Virus record (IMG/VR): IMGVR_UViG_3300030376_004926
Coordinates: 1 to 28,932 of that record
Source of the DNA: a virus
Lineage: Duplodnaviria; Caudoviricetes
DNA: 28,932 nucleotides
Strand: one strand, 5' to 3'
Part shown: in pieces, positions 10,167 to 18,727 of the stretch
How positions within the stretch are numbered: position 1 is the stretch's first letter
Layout: each line of letters begins with the position of its first letter
Notes under the pieces: model-generated
What the model was told of the DNA's origin: nothing
What the model saw: only the letters and a program-made list of their open reading frames with translations
Database searches by the model: none
Translations under genes and position numbers: made by a program

Positions 10167-11050
10167 TAAATATTACTCTGTTTTTTAGTTATGTCCATAT
10201 TATCAACCTTTGCATTCAATGCCTCTATTACCTGTAAACCTTTATTGTGCATATCTTGTGAACGCTGTGCATCCCCATCGCTATTAAGTAATTCAGCACA
10301 GGCTAAAAAAACTATTGCATCGTGAGCCACACTTGCTACCTCTAACTCATATGTACCTATGTTAGTTATTGCTGTAGGTTTTCTGTAGTATATTAATTGT
10401 ATGTTGCCAAACATAGGTAAGTCAGCAGGTAAGATTAAATACTTTACTTCTTGCTCGCCATTGTTTTTTGTCTCTGCTGTGCGAACCATAACAGGGCTAC
10501 TACCTGAAGGCGTATACATATAACTGTTTTCTAATTCATACCTACCTAGTTGGTCTGTTATATGTATCCAAACTACACTTTCAGACACTTTAGCACCATA
10601 ATTAGCAAAGCTATTAGGTATTAAATAAGCTGATTCTATTTGGTCAAACAACAGCTCGTATCCTGCCTGATTCTTTTGAGTGTGTTCAGTAAGGTCACTT
10701 AATAAAAAACTACCCTTCCATATACTTTGTTTCTGTGCACTCGTCATAGTAATCTTGCCATTTGCTGACATAGGAGCTGAAGAGTTGTTTACATAGCTAT
10801 AATTATAAGTAGTTAAAAATTGATTATCTGCGTGTAAATCACTTTCCACTAAAGCATTTCCCGAATTATCAAAAAAGGTATTTAAGGATTGCTCGTGAAG
10901 TAATCGTGATAGATATTTTTTATCTAAGTATGCACCTATACGCTGATTCGCTGAATCTATTGCTTTAGCAACATCTGCCTGTGAGTATATAACACCGTCT
11001 TTATCCTCTACTCTTAACTGTACTTGCTGAGCTATTTGAGATACATTCAT
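10166..11050 (-). CDS. Head-tail adaptor-like protein, 294 aa
   Basis: N-terminal helix pair (QLRVED...YSQADVAKAIDSANQRI); C-terminal YYRKP...HDAIVFLA. Confidence 0.6.
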   Translation of the reverse strand: MNVSQIAQQVQLRVEDKDGVIYSQADVAKAIDSANQRIGAYLDKKYLSRLLHEQSLNTFFDNSGNALVESDLHADNQFLTTYNYSYVNNSSAPMSANGKITMTSAQKQSIWKGSFLLSDLTEHTQKNQAGYELLFDQIESAYLIPNSFANYGAKVSESVVWIHITDQLGRYELENSYMYTPSGSSPVMVRTAETKNNGEQEVKYLILPADLPMFGNIQLIYYRKPTAITNIGTYELEVASVAHDAIVFLACAELLNSDGDAQRSQDMHNKGLQVIEALNAKVDNMDITKKQSNI

Positions 11051-11364
11051 TAATATTTTTTCTTACCCATATAATAACCTCTTTTCTTTTTTAAAGCAGT
11101 CATATATGCACCCTTATTTGTATGCCCATAACCTTTTTTCTTCATAGCCATATGCTCTTCATAAGTATTAGCTTGGTGCATCTTACCATTTTTGTCATAC
11201 ATTTTATGTGGCTTAAAGTCTTTCTTTGACTTTCCGACATACGCACCCTTACTCTTCCACCCTGATTTCATATTTGCGTATGCTTTAGCACTTATTGTTG
11301 AATTCTTTTTAGACCTGCTAGTGCCTGCCTTTTTTCTTTTATTAATATTTTCTACTAAGCTCAT
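11050..11364 (-). CDS. Small Lys-rich hypothetical protein, 104 aa
   Basis: Very basic; FKPHKMYD...HMAMKKKGYGH segment; abuts both neighbours. Confidence 0.65.
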   Translation of the reverse strand: MSLVENINKRKKAGTSRSKKNSTISAKAYANMKSGWKSKGAYVGKSKKDFKPHKMYDKNGKMHQANTYEEHMAMKKKGYGHTNKGAYMTALKKKRGYYMGKKKY

Positions 11365-11640
11365 TTATGCACACCTACAATTCCATTTTCTTAATGCTTT
11401 ATTTACTCTACTGTTAGGGTCGTTAGCTGTTTTTGCACTTGTTAATCTTTTCTTCATACCACACATCCTAGCACAAAAAGACTTACGCCTTGACTTCGCT
11501 TTACCCGTTGGGTTTTTCTGTGTTACAGGTGCTTTTAAATTACCACCTGTTGCTTTATTATAGCTTGCTCTACCCTTAGCATTCAAGCCACCCGACTTTG
11601 ACTTGCCTGCTTTTCTTGTCCAAGCAGGAGACTTAGCCAT
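11365..11640 (-). CDS. DUF6321-like small basic protein (probable ATG start 11640)
   Basis: PAWTRKAGK..GGLNAKGRASYN...RRKSFCARM...ALRKWNC signature. The track's TTG start at 11667 falls inside a hairpin. Confidence 0.75.
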   Translation of the reverse strand: MAKSPAWTRKAGKSKSGGLNAKGRASYNKATGGNLKAPVTQKNPTGKAKSRRKSFCARMCGMKKRLTSAKTANDPNSRVNKALRKWNCRCA

Positions 11641-11646
11641 TGCAGT

Positions 11647-11674
11647 AAAGGGGCTGACCGTAGCCAACCCCTTT
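11647..11674 (-). terminator. Probable intrinsic terminator after the major capsid gene
   Basis: AAAGGGGTTGGC-TACG-GTCAGCCCCTTT; cUACGg tetraloop; short U tract. Confidence 0.7.
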
Positions 11675-11709
11675 TATCATTACACTAATTGTCAAAGAAC
11701 TATATCCTA

Positions 11710-12792
11710 TTAAGAATAGTTGCCTGAGGTAGGAACTGCTCTATCATAATTGATAGCAAGTCCTGTTATCTCACCGACAGCTTTTGCTCTATTAGAACAT
11801 ACTAACTGACCCATCCAAAGGATATGACCTGTTTTAGCGTCTTGCTTAACAGGTGCTTTAAATCCACCAAATGTGAAGTTAGCTTTACGACTGTGAACCA
11901 TTCTTAGGTATTCTTCATTAATGAAGTACGCTTTTCCGGCAGGACAACTTGGGTCAACTACCAAGTCAATGCCACGATACTTCATTGCTGTGAATCCTGC
12001 ATCTGCAATTTCGCCTGATGCCATAGTTGGAGTCCTCTTCTTATCAGATAAGAACTGTTCGTACATATCGAACACTATCTGAGGCACGACTATGAGTGAA
12101 GGCTTATCGCCTGAATCTTTACTCATAGCTTCCCAACCTTTACGGAAAATTTCATCAATTACCGTAGCTTGGACATCGAACTGCTTTGCACCGGATGCTA
12201 AACCTGCATCGGCTGTAATAACAGCTCTATCAGTTGTAGCTGTATGTGCATCAACGAAAGCACCTAACCACCAAGGATTAGCACTACTTGCGTTTGTGAT
12301 TCCACCTAAGCCGGTTGTCATTCCTGTTGGATTGCTTTGCTTTGCAATGTCTTGCAGAGAAACCAAACTAGATGCTTGCTCTCCATACAATGCGTTAGAA
12401 AAATGCTTTGCTAAAGATTTCTCAGCATTCTTCATTTTTGCACCCAATAGGTCGATTAGCTTTTCAGGATTGTCGTTTACACGCTCTTCATATCCTGAGA
12501 TTGAAACACTAGCATATGCCTGTGCCCAATCATACTTAGCACTTTTTGCGAATTCGTCAGGGTCAACATCAAGTTCGGCATACTTTGAGTAAAAGCCTCT
12601 TGCTGTGCTGTCTGCGTATTCTACAGGTTGTACGATTTGATTTCCTGATGCGTTAGGTCTTGACTTACCTAGCATCCTTTGTAGAAGAACTGATTTCTTC
12701 TTAATGTTGTCAACTAACTTCGGAATGTACTGCTCTTTAGTAAGGGCAGTAAGCGAAGAATAGTCAACTGCTGTTGCGTCTATAGATGCCAT
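11710..12792 (-). CDS. Major capsid protein, 360 aa
   Basis: Podovirus-type MCP motifs (KLVDNI, SGNQIVQPVEY, SAKYDW, LIDLLGAKMKNAEKSL, GFTAMKYRG, WMGQLVCSN); follows the scaffold gene. Confidence 0.9.
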   Translation of the reverse strand: MASIDATAVDYSSLTALTKEQYIPKLVDNIKKKSVLLQRMLGKSRPNASGNQIVQPVEYADSTARGFYSKYAELDVDPDEFAKSAKYDWAQAYASVSISGYEERVNDNPEKLIDLLGAKMKNAEKSLAKHFSNALYGEQASSLVSLQDIAKQSNPTGMTTGLGGITNASSANPWWLGAFVDAHTATTDRAVITADAGLASGAKQFDVQATVIDEIFRKGWEAMSKDSGDKPSLIVVPQIVFDMYEQFLSDKKRTPTMASGEIADAGFTAMKYRGIDLVVDPSCPAGKAYFINEEYLRMVHSRKANFTFGGFKAPVKQDAKTGHILWMGQLVCSNRAKAVGEITGLAINYDRAVPTSGNYS

Positions 12793-12803
12793 TTCATCTC
12801 CCT

Positions 12804-13697
12804 TTATTTCATTATGTTATACCTAGACAGAGCTATATCAGCAATCTCATCAAAGTCTTTACCAACAGGGATAGGTTCTTCAACCTGTCCTTTGCCTGAT
12901 GGTCTCGCCTCAGGTTGAGATTTCAATCTCTCTGCCTGCTCTACTGTTTGTATTGCTTTCATTAAGGCAGTTTCTCCGTTAGAAGTCGCTGTTGCAAAAA
13001 CATAAGCATCTTCTAGAGATAAGTTTTTTTCTATTGCAATTTCCAAAACGTCATTCAACGCCTCGGTGCTAGTTTGCAATTCAGGATGAGCCACTACTAA
13101 ACCTGCAATGTCTTTATCGACTTGGGTTTCAGCTTCCATCTGCATAATCTTATCTTCTAAAAAAGTTACCCTGTCATCTGCTTTAGGTTCTTCAATAGAT
13201 TCTTTCTCTTGTTCCGGCAACCCCTTGTAATCCTCAACGCTCTTGAATAAAGCGTGGTCAGAACCAAAATACTCTTTAACATCATCAGACTTTAAAGCAT
13301 CGTTAACTTTAGACACCAAAGTATCCAACTGTTTTCTCTCCTCAGCAATCTGTTGAGCCTTTTGAGTATTTGATTTCTGCCATTCATCTCTATTCTGTAG
13401 AGCATCAATCGCAAGAGTTAAGTCATCATTACTATATTCACGCTCATTATACGTAAATACCATATTTTTAACTTCTTCAGTAGAAACACTTTCTTCTTCA
13501 CTTGCTTGCTCAGTTGCCTGAGGTTCTGTTTCCGTAGTAGCAGTTTCTTCGCTAGTTTCGACAGCAGGTTCGGGAGCAGACTCAAACTTCGGTGCTACTT
13601 CTTCTTCGGAAGTAAACAGCGAAGTCACTTGGTCGCTCGTTAGTTTTACACCGTACTCGCCATCTTCTAATACTATATCTTGTTTGTCTTCTGACAT
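12804..13697 (-). CDS. Capsid scaffolding protein, 297 aa
   Basis: Acidic N-terminus and coiled coil (WQKSNTQKAQQIAEERK); between portal and MCP; AGGAG SD. Confidence 0.75.
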   Translation of the reverse strand: MSEDKQDIVLEDGEYGVKLTSDQVTSLFTSEEEVAPKFESAPEPAVETSEETATTETEPQATEQASEEESVSTEEVKNMVFTYNEREYSNDDLTLAIDALQNRDEWQKSNTQKAQQIAEERKQLDTLVSKVNDALKSDDVKEYFGSDHALFKSVEDYKGLPEQEKESIEEPKADDRVTFLEDKIMQMEAETQVDKDIAGLVVAHPELQTSTEALNDVLEIAIEKNLSLEDAYVFATATSNGETALMKAIQTVEQAERLKSQPEARPSGKGQVEEPIPVGKDFDEIADIALSRYNIMK

Positions 13698-13739
13698 AAT
13701 AAACTCTCCTATTTTATTATATTAATTAATTTTGTCATA

Positions 13740-15572
13740 TTAGTTTTCAATCTGACTTTTAGCTTGTGCTAACATTTCAGGATTATTTTTTAAATTATTC
13801 ATCATTTCATCACGATTACCACCAAACTGACTTAAATCAGGTGGCATTCTACGCTCTTCTTCCATCTGTCTCTTCTGTTCATCTACCAATTTCTGCTTAT
13901 CTTCTGCCATTTTACGCATTAACATCTCTTTATCAGGCATATTTAAGTTCTGAATGATGTATTCGGGGTCAGTTATAATACCCATTTGAGCTAATTGCAT
14001 TATTTTATTCTCTGCAAACTGCCTATTTTCAGGTAAAGTAGAGCCAACTCTACACCTAACCATTATATCTTTGTCTTTAAAAAGCATTCCAACAACACTT
14101 CTAAACTCCATAGTCCCTGAAGAATGTTGATAAGGTATGTTAACAAACTTCGTGCCAAGCTGTTTAAACATAGTAAGCCACATTTGACCAAGCGTTTGCA
14201 ACGCTCCCTCTACAGTTCTAGCCTTATAGTCTATTTTACTGCTACTCGCTTTTTGATAAAGTTGTGCTTGTACACCTGATGTAACATTGGTATCTGCTTT
14301 ACCTTGTGTAGCTTTATTAACACCACTAACAGATTCAAACATATCTAATAATATGCTATATAAATTAAATACATAGCTCGGCATACTAGCAGGAGATTGC
14401 ATACTTACCTGTCCTGCTCCTCTTTTTCTAATTATTTGTCCCGGCTGATTACTTATTTGGTCTTGAACGTCAGCAGTTTGGTCAACCACCCACATCGGAT
14501 TAGCCATTAAGTGCACATTGTCCATTACTTGGCTTGAAATACGGTCTAGAGCGAGGTTTAAATGCTTTAGCCTACGTGGTTCAGGTCTACCCCAAAATTG
14601 ATGGGCAGAGCCCGAATTTTTCATACTAATAAATGGGAATGGATGTGATATATGATTTTGCTGATTAAAGAATGGATATTTAGTGTCCCCATCCATTAAT
14701 AGCACATTACCTGCTATACAAACCTTACGCACTCCAACACGCTCTTTATTTGGGTCTTTATCTTCTGCTCTGTCTTCCTCAGTCGATACATAACTTTTTG
14801 TATTGTCTCTAATATAAGCCTCTATGTACAATACACTCTCTTCTTGGTCTCTGTATGCTTGCGACTTTGACTTATACATTTCAGAGTCACCATCATTATT
14901 AATTGCTACCACAGTATCGCTATCTTGGTCACGCCTTATAGTTTTATGGGCTTGAAACTTTTCTAACTCTCTGTCGCTTTTTACATACTGACCTAACTTG
15001 GGGTACATCTTTCTTATCTCATATAAAGGCATAGGAGATGCGTAAATAACCCATTCAGCATTTTCTAACTTAGTAGCTGACGGATTTATAAAAAATGTGT
15101 ACGGGTCTACAATATCACAATCGGGCAAATCATCGTATTGATTATAGCTGAGTTTCAATACTCCCGTTCCGTACACTAGGTAGTCCAAAAGTAGCTCAGA
15201 GACTAAATTCTGCATATCACGTAAGTTCCAAAACTCATCCATAACAGCCTGTAATGTGTCAGCCATTTTAAAGTCTATTGGGTCATTTCCAACAGCCATT
15301 ACATCTAGCTTGGGTGCTTGTGAGTTTAATATAGGAATCATAGTGTCTATTGCACTACCAATTAAATCTATAGTCATCTTGTTCCTAAATTGAGGCATAT
15401 TAACGCCTTCCCAATGATGACCGTGATATAAAGCCTCTGCCTCACGCCATTCGTTGTACATTTCTGACTTACTTTGACGTGACAATTCAAACATTGCCAT
15501 TACTTTGTCGATTACTGCCTGCTGTTCTGCTGTCGCTGTGTAATCGCCTTTAGGTTCTGAGGGTGTATACAT
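13740..15572 (-). CDS. Portal protein, 610 aa
   Basis: DYLVYGTGVLK, VDPYTFFINPSA, MANPMWVV and ESVSGVNKATQG motifs; size and position after terL. Confidence 0.9.
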   Translation of the reverse strand: MYTPSEPKGDYTATAEQQAVIDKVMAMFELSRQSKSEMYNEWREAEALYHGHHWEGVNMPQFRNKMTIDLIGSAIDTMIPILNSQAPKLDVMAVGNDPIDFKMADTLQAVMDEFWNLRDMQNLVSELLLDYLVYGTGVLKLSYNQYDDLPDCDIVDPYTFFINPSATKLENAEWVIYASPMPLYEIRKMYPKLGQYVKSDRELEKFQAHKTIRRDQDSDTVVAINNDGDSEMYKSKSQAYRDQEESVLYIEAYIRDNTKSYVSTEEDRAEDKDPNKERVGVRKVCIAGNVLLMDGDTKYPFFNQQNHISHPFPFISMKNSGSAHQFWGRPEPRRLKHLNLALDRISSQVMDNVHLMANPMWVVDQTADVQDQISNQPGQIIRKRGAGQVSMQSPASMPSYVFNLYSILLDMFESVSGVNKATQGKADTNVTSGVQAQLYQKASSSKIDYKARTVEGALQTLGQMWLTMFKQLGTKFVNIPYQHSSGTMEFRSVVGMLFKDKDIMVRCRVGSTLPENRQFAENKIMQLAQMGIITDPEYIIQNLNMPDKEMLMRKMAEDKQKLVDEQKRQMEEERRMPPDLSQFGGNRDEMMNNLKNNPEMLAQAKSQIEN

Positions 15573-15573
15573 A

Positions 15574-15828
15574 TTATGCCTTTGCGAAAATTATTCCTGT
15601 TTGTAAAATAGTAGAGGGGTCGAAGTCAGTAGTCTCACACGTTGCCTTTAATAAAAATATTTCATTCCAACTTTTTTCAAATTGAACGCACGCATCCTCT
15701 CCTGAGTCTTGAATTTGTTTTTCAATATCCTCAATTTCTTTTAAAGTTTTGTCATCGTGTTTTAAACTAAGTTCCCATTCTTGACTTTTAGGATTCCACG
15801 TATAACTCTCTTTTGTGGTTTTACACAT
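15574..15828 (-). CDS. Hypothetical protein, 84 aa
   Basis: Fills the gap between terL and portal on the operon strand. Confidence 0.55.
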   Translation of the reverse strand: MCKTTKESYTWNPKSQEWELSLKHDDKTLKEIEDIEKQIQDSGEDACVQFEKSWNEIFLLKATCETTDFDPSTILQTGIIFAKA

Positions 15829-15850
15829 ATTTATTAACCGTTTGGCATCA

Positions 15851-17200
15851 TTATGCTAAGCCTCTCCACATATTATCATTCTCTTGTAGTAAATCAATTT
15901 CTTTTTCTATCCACGTCTTCTCTTTAACTAAATGTGGCTTTCCTAAGTGCATTAATCCATATCTTAAAGCATCAAGGGCGTGCTCCATTCCATCTGTATC
16001 TAAGTCTTCTACTTTAGATTTAGAATAGACAGCCCCTGCAAATTCATCAATTAAGCTCCTACAGTTATTAAAGATTTTAATATCGCCACCCTTTTTGTCA
16101 TTAGAATTATTTTCCTGTAAATATTCACGCACTAAGTTCCAACCTGACATACGATTATTGTTAGCTCGCATAGTAGGTATCCCCTTAAATAGCATTATAT
16201 CAGCTATAGACTGATTTGAGGGGGCTACTATGTCTGACCTATTCGTGTTTTGGGGGTTACTTATATAAGTAGATGGGTCAATTATAGTAGCCATATAATC
16301 CTCATCTCCTGACAATTCTAAAATCTTATTTATATGATAGTGTAGTTCTTGCCCTGCCTCATAATGTTCACGGTATACGTGTACGTTTTTATCATAATCT
16401 ACTGCAAACCAAAGGCAAGCGAAAGGGGCACGGTAACCATAGTCAATACAACGATATTTATACCAATTATCGGGGATTTCGTAAGGTTCGACCACGTGTT
16501 GATTCCTTCTAAATGTACTAAAGAACTGCCCTTGGAATACGTCCCAATCTCCCTCAAGTAATGTCTCTAACTGCTTTACATAGTCCGGGTCAGATTCTAC
16601 TAACGTGGGGTTATCATATATAGTAGATGGAATAAAACATTGCGTACGCTCATTAGAACCTATTATTACGTCATTGGGTTCTTTAACAAAGCGTTTTTTA
16701 ACCCATTGGTGTCCCTGCCCCCCGGGATTAGTCGTGAGAAAAATTCTAGGGGGCATTTCGGGGTGTGGTGAACGCACGGAGGAAGTCACACGTTCATAGT
16801 CTAATTCATTTGGTATTAGTGTTACCTCTTCAATAAGTAATTTATGGTATTGGTGTCCTAGGTATTTCTGAAACGCTGTATCTTCTGATAGATGCCCCGT
16901 CCTAAACTTCGCACCACTCGGAAAACGAAACTCGGTAGGGTTACCAACAGTCTGAACGTCAAGGAAACGATAAAAAAACTTAGCCCTATCAATCCAATCA
17001 CGTAAGTCGTCATAATTACGTCTAAGAACCAACGCACGATATTGGGGATTGTCAAGGTAATGGGGCTCAATAAGCCACGCCAAGCCTGCCTCAGTCTTTC
17101 CACCACCTCGTGCACCCCCGTATAAAATGGTATGAGCATCGACAGATAACGCTCTAGTCTGCTGTCCTTCGTGTGGTTTCCATATGACATTGTCGCTCAT
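15851..17200 (-). CDS. terL: Terminase large subunit, 449 aa
   Basis: Walker A YGGARGGGKT, Walker B LLIEE, motif III TTNPGG, RNase H-like IDYG and HALDALRYG. Confidence 0.95.
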   Translation of the reverse strand: MSDNVIWKPHEGQQTRALSVDAHTILYGGARGGGKTEAGLAWLIEPHYLDNPQYRALVLRRNYDDLRDWIDRAKFFYRFLDVQTVGNPTEFRFPSGAKFRTGHLSEDTAFQKYLGHQYHKLLIEEVTLIPNELDYERVTSSVRSPHPEMPPRIFLTTNPGGQGHQWVKKRFVKEPNDVIIGSNERTQCFIPSTIYDNPTLVESDPDYVKQLETLLEGDWDVFQGQFFSTFRRNQHVVEPYEIPDNWYKYRCIDYGYRAPFACLWFAVDYDKNVHVYREHYEAGQELHYHINKILELSGDEDYMATIIDPSTYISNPQNTNRSDIVAPSNQSIADIMLFKGIPTMRANNNRMSGWNLVREYLQENNSNDKKGGDIKIFNNCRSLIDEFAGAVYSKSKVEDLDTDGMEHALDALRYGLMHLGKPHLVKEKTWIEKEIDLLQENDNMWRGLA

Positions 17201-17520
17201 TTCTTTTTACGCCACTTAGAGAGTGGATTAAGGTTTAATTCTTTCTGATACCATTTTAATTGTTCTTCTAGAGCTGTCATCTTAGCGTTCTCCTCTGCTA
17301 TGTGTTTGGATACAAGGTCTTCAATTTGGGTATTAGCAAATTCCATTCGTGACTCAAGGTCTGCAATTCTATTTTCAATTTGTAAGTATCCATACACAAC
17401 AATACCAATGGCAGTAAAAATTTGTAAAAGCCACTTAATATTAATATGGAAACTGAGATTATCGTCAACCAACCCTGATTTGAAAGACCTCGCTGTCTGT
17501 GGATTGTAATCACTACCCAA
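17197..17520 (-). CDS. Membrane-anchored coiled-coil hypothetical protein, ~107 aa (start uncertain)
   Basis: One hydrophobic helix (WLLQIFTAIGIVVYGYL) then a coiled coil; overlaps the terL start (ATGA). Confidence 0.7.
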   Translation of the reverse strand: MGSDYNPQTARSFKSGLVDDNLSFHINIKWLLQIFTAIGIVVYGYLQIENRIADLESRMEFANTQIEDLVSKHIAEENAKMTALEEQLKWYQKELNLNPLSKWRKKK

Positions 17521-17602
17521 TGCTAACCAATATGTATAATAAAAGTATTACTGAAACTAGACCTAATGTGGTCACTACTGCAAAGGTCTGTTTTTCACTC
17601 AT
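17513..17602 (-). CDS. Possible 29-aa membrane peptide
   Basis: MSEKQTFAVVTTLGLVSVILLLYILVSIG; its stop overlaps the start region of the next gene; weak SD. Confidence 0.4.
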   Translation of the reverse strand: MSEKQTFAVVTTLGLVSVILLLYILVSIG

Positions 17603-17798
17603 ATATATATCTCACAACTAGGGGGTGGCTAAAACTCGTACAATCCGGGTTGGGGGTGTATACCCACGCACGCTCTCTCTTTGAAAAAAAAAGACTAGAC
17701 TTAGGGGATACGCAGGCACGGTGTCCCTCGGTTGGGGGTCTCATTTTAATCTTTTTGCGTGTGAACATTTATTTTTTCTCCTCGGTGCAAGTAGCTCT

Positions 17799-17826
17799 AT
17801 TATACATAATATATGTTATGTGCAAC
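17799..17826 (-). other. dif-like XerC/XerD recombination site
   Basis: GTTGCACATAA-CATATA-TTATGTATAAT versus E. coli dif GGTGCGCATAA-TGTATA-TTATGTTAAAT: 22/28 identical with 11-6-11 architecture; intergenic. Confidence 0.75.
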
Positions 17827-17853
17827 TTTGCTGTCGACGGTGCAAGACATCAA

Positions 17854-18171
17854 TTAATCTTTCTGCTTGACAGGAGCAGACCTCTCTCCCACCCTGTTAT
17901 CTTTGGACGGTAAAACGATAACGCCACTCGTCTGTGTCGCTTCGACTTTCATCTCTGTAGCCTTAAGCTGAGGAGCAATTCTGTCCATTAAAAGAGACGT
18001 TGCTCTCATTTGATTTTTGTGCTCCGGGTCAAGAGCAATATCAAAACACATTTGCACTAAGTCTAATGTTTTCGGGTGTTTACGAATCATCTCGCCAAAG
18101 TTAGATGCGTTCTTTCCTGACGGGTTTCCTGATTTTCCCTTGATAAATTTGGTGTTTTTGGTCTTACTCAT
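17854..18171 (-). CDS. terS: Terminase small subunit-like protein, 105 aa
   Basis: KFIKGKSGNPSGK N-terminal motif, LLMDR, C-terminal GVIVLP; first gene of the packaging operon. Confidence 0.7.
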   Translation of the reverse strand: MSKTKNTKFIKGKSGNPSGKNASNFGEMIRKHPKTLDLVQMCFDIALDPEHKNQMRATSLLMDRIAPQLKATEMKVEATQTSGVIVLPSKDNRVGERSAPVKQKD

Positions 18172-18221
18172 AAAAAAATTCCTGCCCCTAGCCTGCTCTA
18201 TTTCGGTTACTTTTTGCTGTC

Positions 18222-18250
18222 ATTATATAGAATGTTAAGCATTTTATCAC
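18222..18250 (-). promoter_or_regulatory. Candidate sigma70-type promoter for the terS/late operon
   Basis: GTGATA-N17-TATAAT on the minus strand, ~50 nt upstream of terS. Confidence 0.45.
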
Positions 18251-18314
18251 TTTTGTCTAAATATTTTTTCTCGTCGACAAATGCAATTATTTTATACTTT
18301 ATTAAAAGTTTTAC

Positions 18315-18343
18315 TTGTTTAATTAATTTAACTATTATAATAT
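18315..18343 (+). promoter_or_regulatory. Candidate sigma70-type early promoter
   Basis: TTGTTT-N17-TAATAT with overlapping TATAAT at 18336 and an AT-rich upstream tract; structured sequence begins right after. Confidence 0.5.
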
Positions 18344-18348
18344 ATGCC

Positions 18349-18727
18349 ATCGCCACGGTAGCCGATACTAAGAATTTGGCAGGCTTTCAAGAGTTTTTGA
18401 CAATTAGATTTTTCGCTCCTCTCTCGAGACTACACGAGGGTCGGTAACGAGTTTACGACTGAATAACGAGTTACCAACGACCACTAAGATAGACGGTTAC
18501 TCCGAGTACGAGAGGGGACAGACTAATCAACGAGCGTCCTAAGGGGTAGCGTATCGAATAGAGATAGACGAGTCTATTGGCAGTATGTCGAGGGTTCTCT
18601 CAACAAAATTATTTATGTATAGGAAATTGCTATACTAGGGAGGTAGGTGGAATAATTGAGAGAGGTAGCTTGACGACATAAAGACGAGTCAAATTATTTC
18701 TTCACGACGACAGTACCAAATTTTTAG
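18349..18727 (+). ncRNA. Putative large structured non-coding RNA/leader of unknown family
   Basis: Long-range stem 18368-18379/18716-18727 enclosing nested stems; repeated ACGAG; no credible ORF. Confidence 0.6.

Noticed and set aside
2825-17509. Plus-strand ORFs within the virion module (e.g. 12092-12592, 11192-11563) and the minus alternate-frame ORF 16858-17190
   Set aside because: Shadow frames of well-supported genes.
17566-17913. 115-aa plus-strand ORF
   Set aside because: Antisense to the late operon, runs through G/A tracts and the dif-like site, and shows no protein-like features.
11685-18407. Shared 12-mer TTTGACAATTAG at 11685-11696 (minus) and 18396-18407 (plus)
   Set aside because: Chance 12-mer matches are expected in 29 kb of AT-rich DNA, and neither has a properly spaced -10 element.
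18214-18447. 77-aa plus-strand ORF
   Set aside because: TTG start without SD; overlaps both promoter candidates and the structured leader.
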